Origin: Clostridia bacterium
GTDB lineage: Bacteria; Bacillota; Clostridia; Christensenellales; UBA1242
DNA: 28,571 bases
Assembly: GCA_046881945.1 (NCBI GenBank)
Contig: JBKSMT010000074.1
Location: 1-28,571, forward strand
Reading direction: 5' to 3'
The notes under the pieces: generated by a model
The model's input: the letters and a program-made list of their open reading frames with translations, nothing else
What the model was told of the DNA's origin: nothing
The model's database searches: none
Translations under genes and position numbers: made by a program
Shown: positions 1 through 8,558 of the stretch, piece by piece
How the letters are laid out: each line of letters opens with the position of its first letter
How positions within the stretch are numbered: position 1 is the stretch's first letter

Positions 1-32
1 ATGTGTTTTAAAAGATATTATATAGTATAAAA

Positions 33-66
33 AAGAAGTCCTGATACAAATCAGGGCTTTTTTCTT
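33..66. terminator. Bidirectional intrinsic terminator hairpin
   Basis: AAGTCCTGAT (36-45) / ATCAGGGCTT (50-59) stem with one G-U pair, flanked by A-run and T-run. Confidence 0.7.
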
Positions 67-154
67 TTCACTTTAAATTCCAAACTACTACAATATTTAA
101 AACAAAGAAAAACCAAATATGCTTGAAATGGAGATTAAATACTATGTTTAATCT

Positions 155-311
155 ATTTATTCCATGGTGTTCTTGACACGAGCCTCCTCGAAATGGTAAT
201 TTCAGGGCATGCGGTCAAGGGAAAGAAATTGCAAGCAATTATCTTTTCTTGCCCTTGGCAACAAGCCTATACCATTTCTACTCATGTCAAGAACCTTTCA
301 CGGCATAAAGG
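155..311 (-). ncRNA. Candidate structured RNA or palindromic element (long imperfect rod)
   Basis: Nested pairings GTTCTTGACACGAG/CTCATGTCAAGAAC, GAAATGGTA/TACCATTTC, CAAGGG/CCCTTG, AATTG/CAATT; on the minus strand the loop is G(CUUG)C and two + strand A.C mismatches become G-U; strand not certain. Confidence 0.4.
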
Positions 312-316
312 CAAAT

Positions 317-354
317 AAAAAAGAATTAGGACTTTTTGAGTCCTAATTCTTTTT
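317..354 (-). terminator. Intrinsic terminator after radC (bidirectional)
   Basis: Perfect 12-bp stem AGAATTAGGACT (322-333) / AGTCCTAATTCT (339-350) with A/T runs on both sides. Confidence 0.85.
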
Positions 355-403
355 CCCCAATAACACTAGTTTCAATTTAACTAGGTCTTACGTGATTTTT
401 TTA

Positions 404-1129
404 TTATTTATAAATATCCGGAGCAACTAATTTCTTTAGATTATCCATTAACAACGAACCCGCAAATGAATAATATTGATTGTGTGTAACTATTATATGG
501 TCAGCAATATCAACTCCTATTGTAACTAATGAAGAAATTAATTTTTTAGTTGCATCAATATCCAAATCGGTTGGCTGACATATTCCGCTAGGATGTGTAT
601 GCAAAATTACAACACGTTTACAGTCAGTTGCCAAAATCTTTTTAGCAACCGAAGATGTTGAAATGTTTACACTTGATGAAAATTCACTGTCAAATTTAAG
701 AGTCTTTGCAAGTTTCTTTTGACCATTTAAACAAAATACATAAAATCTTTCAGTGCCACGCACCCTGTCAATACTTCTAAAATATTCCACAACTTTATTT
801 GGAGCATCCATAAGTATACTGTCAACATTTTTAGAAGCAGTATATTTCAACATTATATCAGGAAGCAATGTTAAAAATAATGCAGTTTCATGCCCAATAC
901 CATCAATCTTTTTTAATTGCTCATATCCCGCATCAATAACATTGCCAAGCGATCCAAAAGTATTAATCAATTCGTGTGCAAGAGGATTAACATCTTTATA
1001 TGGAATTGTGTAAGTCAATAATAATTCTAGCACTTCATGATGTGGCCAATGTTCAATGCCAGCCTCTAGCGCCTTAAGTTTTAGACGTTGTCTATGTCCA
1101 TTATGCGAATGTTTCTTTTGCTCTTTCAT
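404..1129 (-). CDS. radC: RadC family protein (HhH + JAB domain)
   Basis: N-terminal GHRQRLK and HhH motif LKKIDGIG; JAB motif HTHPSG..PT..D...T..L....DHII. Confidence 0.92.
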   Translation of the reverse strand: MKEQKKHSHNGHRQRLKLKALEAGIEHWPHHEVLELLLTYTIPYKDVNPLAHELINTFGSLGNVIDAGYEQLKKIDGIGHETALFLTLLPDIMLKYTASKNVDSILMDAPNKVVEYFRSIDRVRGTERFYVFCLNGQKKLAKTLKFDSEFSSSVNISTSSVAKKILATDCKRVVILHTHPSGICQPTDLDIDATKKLISSLVTIGVDIADHIIVTHNQYYSFAGSLLMDNLKKLVAPDIYK

Positions 1130-1132
1130 ATA

Positions 1133-3622
1133 TTACTCGCTTACTTCAGTATTTTCAACTTCCACTACTTCCTCGTCCTCATCTTCCTGACGTGCAACTA
1201 TTGAAATACCCACAATCTTACATCCTGAGGTATTCATAAGTCTTACACCTAATGCTGTACGACCAACCTCGTTAATTTGTTCAGCATGAGTACGAATAAC
1301 AATTCCATTTGAAGTAATTGCAAGTATATCTTGCCCCTCTTCAATAGGACTGATTGCAACAATATCTCCCGTCTTATCGTTAAATCGACCAGCCTTAGTA
1401 CCTTTACCTCTACGTGACTGCAATCTATAATCTTCAACTTTAGTACGTTTAGCATAACCAAGTTCAGTAACAGTCAAGATATCCTTGCTAGGTTCAAGCA
1501 CTATCATATCAATAATCTTTTCGCCCGCATCAATCTTCATACCCTTAACACCGCGTGAACTACGCCCTAGGATACGAACATCTTTTTCGCTAAATCTTAC
1601 ACATTTACCATTATTAGAAGCAATTAATAGTTCGTCATTTTCATTAACAGCCTTAACACTTACCAATTGGTCTTCTTCCATTAATTTAATTGCGATTTTG
1701 CCATTTTTACGAACTAAATCAAATTCACTCATCTTAGTCTTTTTGATATATCCCTGCTCTGTTGCCATAAATAATGATGCCTTATCTTGTGCGTCTGCAA
1801 CGATTGCAGTAATCTTTTCATCACCTTGCAACATCATTAGGTTGACAATTGCTCTACCCTTAGATGTCTTTGTTGCTTCAGGAATATTGTAAGCTTTCAT
1901 ACGATACACTTTACCAATATTAGTAAAGAACAATAAATCATCATGACTATTACAACTTATCATATTAACAACTACATCTGTATCTTTAGCTTTATGTCCA
2001 ACAACACCCTTTCCGCCACGATTTTGGCTCTTATATTCATTTGCAGGCATACGTTTAATATATCCTTCATCAGTTAAAGATATAACTACTTCGTGCTTAG
2101 CAATCAAATCACCAATATCAATATCATCATAATCAAGGCTTACTTCACTCTTACGAGGCTTAGCATATTTATCCTTAATTTGCAATATTTCCTCACGAAT
2201 AATACCTGCTATACGCGCTTCAGATGCCAAGATATCACTCAGTTCCTTAATAGTTGCACAAAGTTCTGTTAATTCGGCATTAAGTTTTTCAACTTCCAAA
2301 CCTGTTAGTCTTGACAATTTCATTTCAAGAATAGCATTGCCTTGCTTTTCGCTTAATTCGAACTTAGTTTGCAATTTTTCAATCGCATCTGCTTTGTCTT
2401 TAGATTTTTTGATAATTGCAATTACTTCATCAATGTTTCTAACTGCAATTACAAGACCTTCAATTATGTGCTCACGTTCCTTAGCCTTTTCAAGATCATA
2501 AGATGTACGACGAGTAATAACTTCCTTTTGGAAATCTAAATATTCTTCTAATATTTGCTTTAAATTTAATAATTGAGGCTTATTATGTGATAAACACAAC
2601 AAAATTATACCATTAGAAACTTGAAGTTGTGACATCTTGTATAATTGGTTTAACACAATTTGAGCATTAGCATCTTTCTTAATTTCAACCACAATACGCA
2701 AGCCGTCTTTATCACTTTCATCGCGAATATCACTAATACCTTCAATACGCTTATCTTTTACAAGGTCGGCAATTTGCATAATAAGTTTAGCCTTGTTTAC
2801 TTGATAAGGAATTTCGGTAACCACTATACGATAACGTTTGCCATCACCATAAGTTTCGATTTCAGCCTTTGAACGAATAATATATCCACCACGGCCAGTA
2901 CGATACGCTTCCTTAATTGCACCCAAGCCTAATACTTGACCACCTGTAGGAAAATCTGGTGCAGGGATTATTTGCATAAGTTCATCAATAGTAATTTCAG
3001 GGTTATCAATAATCGCAACCACACCATCAATAACTTCACCTAAATTGTGTGGAGGTATATTAGTTGCCATACCTACCGCAATACCGTCACTACCATTTAC
3101 TAATAGGTTAGGGAAACGACTAGGTATAACAACTGGTTGCATACGAGTATTATCAAAGTTTGGATAAAAATCAACAGTATCCTTATCAATATCACGAAGT
3201 AATTCGTTCGAAATCTTACTTAAACGCGCCTCAGTATAACGATATGCTGCGGCCTTATCTCCGTCCACCGAACCAAAGTTACCGTGACCATCAACCAACA
3301 ATTCGTTAATTGAAAAGTTTTGAGCCAAACGCACTAATGCATCATACACCGAACTATCGCCATGAGGGTGATAACGTCCTAATACATCACCGACGATTTT
3401 AGCACATTTTCTAAAAGGTTTGTCACTCCACAACCCTTCCTCACTCATGGCATACAAAATACGACGATGTACAGGCTTTAAACCGTCACGCACATCAGGG
3501 ATAGCACGTGACACGTTAACCGCCATAGCGTAATCCATAAATGACTCTTTCATTTCGTGTTCAAGATTACGCTCTAAATATCTAGTATTATCAATTTTTT
3601 CAAATATTTCACTTTTTTTCAT
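1133..3622 (-). CDS. gyrA: DNA gyrase subunit A
   Basis: [20 protein letters not shown], catalytic AAAYRYTE; C-terminal pinwheel repeats with GyrA-box-like SQNRGGKG. Confidence 0.9.
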   Translation of the reverse strand: MKKSEIFEKIDNTRYLERNLEHEMKESFMDYAMAVNVSRAIPDVRDGLKPVHRRILYAMSEEGLWSDKPFRKCAKIVGDVLGRYHPHGDSSVYDALVRLAQNFSINELLVDGHGNFGSVDGDKAAAYRYTEARLSKISNELLRDIDKDTVDFYPNFDNTRMQPVVIPSRFPNLLVNGSDGIAVGMATNIPPHNLGEVIDGVVAIIDNPEITIDELMQIIPAPDFPTGGQVLGLGAIKEAYRTGRGGYIIRSKAEIETYGDGKRYRIVVTEIPYQVNKAKLIMQIADLVKDKRIEGISDIRDESDKDGLRIVVEIKKDANAQIVLNQLYKMSQLQVSNGIILLCLSHNKPQLLNLKQILEEYLDFQKEVITRRTSYDLEKAKEREHIIEGLVIAVRNIDEVIAIIKKSKDKADAIEKLQTKFELSEKQGNAILEMKLSRLTGLEVEKLNAELTELCATIKELSDILASEARIAGIIREEILQIKDKYAKPRKSEVSLDYDDIDIGDLIAKHEVVISLTDEGYIKRMPANEYKSQNRGGKGVVGHKAKDTDVVVNMISCNSHDDLLFFTNIGKVYRMKAYNIPEATKTSKGRAIVNLMMLQGDEKITAIVADAQDKASLFMATEQGYIKKTKMSEFDLVRKNGKIAIKLMEEDQLVSVKAVNENDELLIASNNGKCVRFSEKDVRILGRSSRGVKGMKIDAGEKIIDMIVLEPSKDILTVTELGYAKRTKVEDYRLQSRRGKGTKAGRFNDKTGDIVAISPIEEGQDILAITSNGIVIRTHAEQINEVGRTALGVRLMNTSGCKIVGISIVARQEDEDEEVVEVENTEVSE

Positions 3623-3633
3623 AACTTACTTTC

Positions 3634-5589
3634 CTATATATCAAGATTTTTAACTTTATCAGCATTTTCATTGATAAAATCACGTCTTAGTTCTGGACGT
3701 TCGCCCATTAGCATATCAAATATTTCATTTGCCTCAATTGCATCATCAATTTTAACTTGAAGCAGTGTACGCGTTTGAGGATCCATAGTGGTTTCCCAAA
3801 GTTGATCTGGGTCCATTTCGCCTAGACCTTTGTAACGTTGAATTTCTGCCCCCTTGCTTCCATTAAGTTCCAAATCTCTATTTAATTCGTCATCACTATA
3901 ACAATATGTCGACTTTTTACCACGTTGAACCTTGTATAGAGGTGGTTGAGCAATATAAATGTGTCCACCCTCTACTAATGGACGCATAAAGCGGAAGAAG
4001 AATGTTAATAATAATATTCTAATATGCGCACCGTCCACGTCCGCATCGGTCATACATACTATTTTATCATATCTAAGTTTGCTCAAATCACAAGTTTGAC
4101 CAATACCACAACCAAATGCTGTAATCATTGCTTGGATTTCGGCATTTTCAAGCGCTTTGGCTTCACGAACCTTTTCAACGTTTAATATCTTACCGCGTAG
4201 TGGCAAAATTGCTTGGAAACGACGGTCGCGACCTTGCTTAGCGCTTCCGCCTGCCGAGTCCCCCTCGACTATGAATATTTCACACACGCTAGGGTCTTTT
4301 TCGCTACAATCAGCAAGTTTGCCAGGTAGCGCTGTATTTTCAAGCACTGACTTACGTCTTGTCGCTTCCCTAGCATTACGTGCTGCCTCACGTGCCTTTT
4401 GGCTAAGCAAACATTTATTAATCAATTCCTTGGCTTGACGTGGGTGTTCTTCCAAATATATTTCAAGCGCCTCACTTACCGCCTTAGTGGTGTATGTTCT
4501 AATTTCGTCATTACCCAACTTGGTTTTTGTTTGACCTTCAAATTGAGGTTCCTCAACCTTAACACTAACAACAGCTACAAGACCTTCGCGAGTGTCCTCA
4601 CCGCTTAACTTTTGAGTGTCCTTTACAAGTTTGTTAGCAATAGCATAATCATTAACAGTTTTAGCAACGGCAGTCTTAAATCCTTCAAAGTGCTTGCCAC
4701 CCTCCTCAGTACGAATATTGTTAGCGTAGGTGTGGATATTTTCGCTATAACTATCAATGTATTGGAAACTTGCCTCAATTTCACATTGTGCTGGCACCAT
4801 TTCACCATTTTCGTTTTTACGCTTGTATGAATAAATCTTGTCCACGTAAATAGGTGCATCAAACACACGTTCCTTAGTCGCAGTTAATTCTTGCACAAAT
4901 TCGTTAATACCGCCTTCAAACACGTAGTTATCAACCTGCTCTTGACCTTCACGCATATCTTCAATACGAATCTTCAAACCTTTGTTTAGGAACGCAAGTT
5001 CACGAAGACGGACTTTAAGTGTATCGTAGTTAAATATGGTTGTATCAAAGATTTGGTCATCTGGCATAAATGTTACACTTGTACCAGTTTTTTCAATCTT
5101 GCCAACCACTTCAAGACGTCCAGTAGGTCTACCGCGATGATATTCTTGATGATAGTGTTCGCCCTTTTGGAAGATATCAAGTAATAGTGTACTAGACAAT
5201 GCATTAACAACTGACAAACCAACACCATGCAATCCACCAGATATCTTATATCCGCCACCGCCAAACTTACCACCAGCGTGCAATTTGGTTAGTACCAGTT
5301 CTGCCGCACTAACACCTTCCTTAGGGTGAATACCTGTTGGGATTCCACGACCATTATCAATTACTTGCACTGAACCATCTTTAAGGATTGTAACACTAAT
5401 CTCGGTACAGTATCCAGCCAATGCCTCGTCAATACTGTTATCCACAATTTCGGTTACCAAATGATGAAGTCCACGTTCATCAGTAGAACCAATATACATA
5501 CCAGGACGCTTACGTACTGGTTCAAGCCCTTCCAATACTTGAATGTTACTTTCATCATAACTAGTAACTTTACTTAATTCTTCTGCCAT
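3634..5589 (-). CDS. gyrB: DNA gyrase subunit B
   Basis: GHKL motifs EIVDNSIDE, DNGRGIP, GGLHGVG; TOPRIM EGDSAGG, PLRGKILNV, MTDADVDG; RYKGLGEM. Confidence 0.92.
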   Translation of the reverse strand: MAEELSKVTSYDESNIQVLEGLEPVRKRPGMYIGSTDERGLHHLVTEIVDNSIDEALAGYCTEISVTILKDGSVQVIDNGRGIPTGIHPKEGVSAAELVLTKLHAGGKFGGGGYKISGGLHGVGLSVVNALSSTLLLDIFQKGEHYHQEYHRGRPTGRLEVVGKIEKTGTSVTFMPDDQIFDTTIFNYDTLKVRLRELAFLNKGLKIRIEDMREGQEQVDNYVFEGGINEFVQELTATKERVFDAPIYVDKIYSYKRKNENGEMVPAQCEIEASFQYIDSYSENIHTYANNIRTEEGGKHFEGFKTAVAKTVNDYAIANKLVKDTQKLSGEDTREGLVAVVSVKVEEPQFEGQTKTKLGNDEIRTYTTKAVSEALEIYLEEHPRQAKELINKCLLSQKAREAARNAREATRRKSVLENTALPGKLADCSEKDPSVCEIFIVEGDSAGGSAKQGRDRRFQAILPLRGKILNVEKVREAKALENAEIQAMITAFGCGIGQTCDLSKLRYDKIVCMTDADVDGAHIRILLLTFFFRFMRPLVEGGHIYIAQPPLYKVQRGKKSTYCYSDDELNRDLELNGSKGAEIQRYKGLGEMDPDQLWETTMDPQTRTLLQVKIDDAIEANEIFDMLMGERPELRRDFINENADKVKNLDI

Positions 5590-5695
5590 AATTTACTCCT
5601 AAAAATATCAAGATAAACATTTCAAATTTAATCTTATCTTATATTATTCCCTAATCAATTAAAACTTAAAACAATTTATCTATAGTATATAATAT

Positions 5696-5704
5696 ATTAT
5701 AGCA
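5696..5704 (-). promoter_or_regulatory. Extended -10 promoter (TG-C-TATAAT) upstream of gyrB
   Basis: Minus strand TGCTATAAT in AT-rich intergenic DNA; -35 weak. Confidence 0.55.
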
Positions 5705-5761
5705 TATTTATTAATATAAAGAAAGTATTTTACGCCAAAAAGTTTTCAAATTATCAACAAA

Positions 5762-5793
5762 AAATCCACAAATCTTTTACAATTTGTGGATAA
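5762..5793 (-). promoter_or_regulatory. DnaA-box dyad A / terminator hairpin
   Basis: Minus strand TTATCCACA-N14-TGTGGATTT followed by T-run, 9 nt after the stop of 5803..6531; extra TTATCAACA at 5751-5759. Confidence 0.75.
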
Positions 5794-5802
5794 CTTATTT
5801 CA

Positions 5803-6531
5803 CTATTGCATATCACCATGCATAGGCGCAGATTTATAATTCAAGAATCTATCTCCTATTCCCTTTTGGCGTTGTTCAAGTTCAATCATCTTTTTATTAC
5901 TAACATACATTTTGCAACCCAACTCATCAACAATTTGCTTTAATTGCGATTTGGTATAACTTATTAGTTTTAACATTTCCTCAATTTCATCATTTGTTTG
6001 AACTGATTTAAGTTGTTTCAAAATTTTTTGCAATTTCAACAAATAATAATATGTATCCAGTACATCCTTTGCAGTAAGTTTGTTTTCAAATATATTATTA
6101 TTTAATTTTTTTATTAATTCTACTTTTACACTCTCCAAATCAATCCTTGACAACTCATTAGGAAAGCTCTTTGCTTTATCATAAACAATTGATAATGTAT
6201 ATTGTCTTATAATAAATTCCATTATATCGTGATCAAAGTTCATTAGATGCTGATATATTATTCCGTTCAAATCATCAATTTCTTCCTTTAATTTCTCAGC
6301 GCCATCTTCATTCAACTGCAATACCCCACAATGCTTATACCAAATTGGTGGAACTTTATAATTTTCAAACCATGTGTGACGTGACAATTTAATTGCACGA
6401 TTATAAGTTTCATATAATTTTGATAACTTATAATACAATTCAGGCTTGTCAGCTCTATCTTCCCAATGTTCAATAAAGCCTATTACATTGTGCCACTCAG
6501 CATCTTTAATTTTTACACTAATTTCTTCCAT
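5803..6531 (-). CDS. Hypothetical protein (242 aa, largely helical)
   Basis: Long ORF with AAGGAG RBS, consensus promoter and downstream terminator; no family recognised. Confidence 0.8.
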   Translation of the reverse strand: MEEISVKIKDAEWHNVIGFIEHWEDRADKPELYYKLSKLYETYNRAIKLSRHTWFENYKVPPIWYKHCGVLQLNEDGAEKLKEEIDDLNGIIYQHLMNFDHDIMEFIIRQYTLSIVYDKAKSFPNELSRIDLESVKVELIKKLNNNIFENKLTAKDVLDTYYYLLKLQKILKQLKSVQTNDEIEEMLKLISYTKSQLKQIVDELGCKMYVSNKKMIELEQRQKGIGDRFLNYKSAPMHGDMQ

Positions 6532-6557
6532 ACAAACTCTCCTTAAAACTTAATTTC

Positions 6558-6585
6558 ATTATATCACATATCCACATTTTGTCAA
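6558..6585 (-). promoter_or_regulatory. sigmaA promoter TTGACA-16-(TG)TATAAT with DnaA box in spacer
   Basis: -35 at 6580-6585, -10 at 6558-6563, TGTGGATAT (1 mismatch) at 6568-6576. Confidence 0.8.
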
Positions 6586-6599
6586 TATCTAAATAAAAA

Positions 6600-6631
6600 A
6601 AATCCACAAAATATTGCTACTTTGTGGATAA
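6600..6631 (-). promoter_or_regulatory. DnaA-box dyad B / terminator hairpin
   Basis: Minus strand TTATCCACA-N14-TGTGGATTT followed by T-run, 19 nt after the stop of 6651..7061. Confidence 0.75.
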
Positions 6632-6650
6632 CTATAATCACATTTCAAAT

Positions 6651-7061
6651 TTATAGTACTTGTCTGCGATTGTCAATAAATTCCATTATTTGTGTATCTA
6701 TCTCTTCAAGGCATTCAACATGCTCTTTTGCAGTTATTAAACCCGATACAAATTTAACTTGTAAGTCCTTAATTCTATCTAAAATACCTATAATAATCTC
6801 ATCATTAAAAGTCGAAGGTCTTGTATCTCTAGCAAATTTAATATGATACATAATTTGCGCTAACACTTCATCACTCTTAATCATACAGCCAAGACATTCT
6901 ATTTCATCATCAATATTATCCTTAGTTATTCCGCCTACACGGTCGGCAATAATGCGCTTACTTAATGATTTTTTACCACCAAATTGACTTTTATTTTGAC
7001 TACGATTGAATTGTTCACGCCTTAATTGTGCTTTACCCTCAAACGAATTTCTAAATTTCAT
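6651..7061 (-). CDS. Hypothetical protein (136 aa; basic N-terminus, acidic helical C-terminus)
   Basis: ORF with own promoter, AAGGA RBS and terminator; no family recognised. Confidence 0.75.
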   Translation of the reverse strand: MKFRNSFEGKAQLRREQFNRSQNKSQFGGKKSLSKRIIADRVGGITKDNIDDEIECLGCMIKSDEVLAQIMYHIKFARDTRPSTFNDEIIIGILDRIKDLQVKFVSGLITAKEHVECLEEIDTQIMEFIDNRRQVL

Positions 7062-7083
7062 ATTTTTATCCTTTTATAATTGT

Positions 7084-7112
7084 ATTATATTGAACATTTA
7101 TCCACTTGTAAA
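7084..7112 (-). promoter_or_regulatory. sigmaA promoter TTTACA-17-TATAAT with DnaA box in spacer
   Basis: -35 at 7107-7112, -10 at 7084-7089, AGTGGATAA (1 mismatch) at 7098-7106. Confidence 0.75.
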
Positions 7113-7116
7113 TATG

Positions 7117-7156
7117 AAATATCCACAAATTGTAATCAACTTGTGGATAAATTATT
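7117..7156. repeat. 40-bp direct repeat copy 1, containing DnaA-box dyad C
   Basis: AAATATCCACAAATTGTAATCAACTTGTGGATAAATTATT identical to 8513-8552. Confidence 0.95.
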
Positions 7157-7892
7157 AATTGAATTTAAATGGTTCAACATTATTTAATTCTTCGAAATAT
7201 TTTTGAATTAAAACATCTTCATTTTCGCCTTGCTGAATACGTTTAACCATTTCTGCAATTTTCTCATTAACTTTAGTTAGTCGATTAAATTTATCTTCGC
7301 CAAAATCTTTTTTAGTTCTATCTAAGTGCTCTTTCCAAATTTTGTCAATTTCTTGCTTTGTTTTAGCAGGTTTATTTAAATCTAAAACATAATTATAGTC
7401 ACCATCGTCATCATATCCAACATAGTCAAATCCATTTTTTACCATTGCTTTATATGAGCCATAATTTTCAATATCCGCACCGCCATTTATTTTGTTCACA
7501 CCACGAGATTTTGCAATCTCAATAATCTTATTTACCATTTCAACGCCATAACCTTTAAACCAGTGTTTTAATAAAACATTGAATCCAAAATCCCAAAAAT
7601 CTGCAGTTTTTGAATGATAATATTTGCCAAATCTACAAGTACCAACCACTTCGCCAGTTGACTTTAAAAACGCTACTCTGAAATACATGCAATCATCATA
7701 ATCTTCAAGATTTTTAAATGTTGGCTCTGCCTGTTTTGATAATCCCTCTACACTTCCATATGCATCACGCATTGCGTTGTATCTTGCATTAAACGGATTT
7801 GACCAACTATCGCCAACAATTTGTTTTTCTTCGTCAGTTAACATACTAAATGGCTTTAAAATTAATCTTTCGCTTTCAAAAATTTCTGTCAT
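7155..7892 (-). CDS. GNAT family N-acetyltransferase (RimJ/RimL-like)
   Basis: FESERLILKP N-terminus; acetyl-CoA motif HWFKGYGVEMV; N..S..AMVKNGF. Confidence 0.85.
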   Translation of the reverse strand: MTEIFESERLILKPFSMLTDEEKQIVGDSWSNPFNARYNAMRDAYGSVEGLSKQAEPTFKNLEDYDDCMYFRVAFLKSTGEVVGTCRFGKYYHSKTADFWDFGFNVLLKHWFKGYGVEMVNKIIEIAKSRGVNKINGGADIENYGSYKAMVKNGFDYVGYDDDGDYNYVLDLNKPAKTKQEIDKIWKEHLDRTKKDFGEDKFNRLTKVNEKIAEMVKRIQQGENEDVLIQKYFEELNNVEPFKFN

Positions 7893-7904
7893 ATCGCTCT
7901 CCTT

Positions 7905-8498
7905 TTATTTATCCAAATTATGACTTTGTATCCACGAACGAAAATGTTTTTTATTAGGTGTGGTATAGTTATAATCTAGCAATGTTTTTGTATTATCTAT
8001 TAAATTTATTGCTTCATTTAACACCTCTTGCTTATTTTTGCCACAAACATCTATAACAACTTCATTTGGCAATAATGGTCTGTTCTTTATAACTTCATTA
8101 GACTTACTATCGCCTTCTGGTATATAAAGTCCTTGACCAGTTTTATGCCTTTCTTCCATTTGATTTTTAATTTGTTGATAGTTTGATGAAATTAGTCTTA
8201 AAATTATATAATCATAACCCTTAAATAGTTTAGGAAAACTTCTTACCCTTAAATCATCGAAATCTAATGCAATAATATTTCTATAGCCCTTTTTATAAAA
8301 CCATTTCATTTGCATCAATGTATTTTTAAAACACAAATCTTCCTCATAAATTCCAACATCTTTAACCCCTTCCGGAATTACAAATTCAGGTACCATACTT
8401 TGTTCAATATATACGCCATTATAATGTTGATATAACTCTTTTGCTAACGTTGTTTTACCAACCGCACTAGGTCCTATAATAAATATAAAATCTTTCAT
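7905..8498 (-). CDS. P-loop NTPase / nucleotide-kinase-like protein
   Basis: N-terminal Walker A IIGPSAVGKTT; kinase-like length. Confidence 0.8.
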   Translation of the reverse strand: MKDFIFIIGPSAVGKTTLAKELYQHYNGVYIEQSMVPEFVIPEGVKDVGIYEEDLCFKNTLMQMKWFYKKGYRNIIALDFDDLRVRSFPKLFKGYDYIILRLISSNYQQIKNQMEERHKTGQGLYIPEGDSKSNEVIKNRPLLPNEVVIDVCGKNKQEVLNEAINLIDNTKTLLDYNYTTPNKKHFRSWIQSHNLDK

Positions 8499-8512
8499 AC
8501 TTTCTCCTTATT

Positions 8513-8552
8513 AAATATCCACAAATTGTAATCAACTTGTGGATAAATTATT
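8513..8552. repeat. 40-bp direct repeat copy 2, containing DnaA-box dyad D
   Basis: Identical to 7117-7156; box begins 12 nt after the metG stop. Confidence 0.95.
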
Positions 8553-8558
8553 TTTGTA

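Noticed and set aside
1133-5589. Topoisomerase IV (parC/parE) instead of gyrase
   Set aside because: A GyrA-box-like QNRGGKG and GyrB-type RGKILNV favour gyrase, although a gyrase-derived paralogue cannot be excluded without the whole genome.
5590-8552. Active chromosomal origin (oriC) suggested by DnaA boxes and AT-rich DNA upstream of gyrB
   Set aside because: No dnaA/dnaN/recF nearby and no switch in gene orientation across the region (minus strand on both sides); boxes occur as dispersed dyads, not a dense cluster. A genome-wide GC-skew plot would settle it.
5762-8552. Classical integron attC array
   Set aside because: No intI-like tyrosine recombinase in the window, the sites lack RYYYAAC/GTTRRRY ends, and two of the genes have their own promoters.
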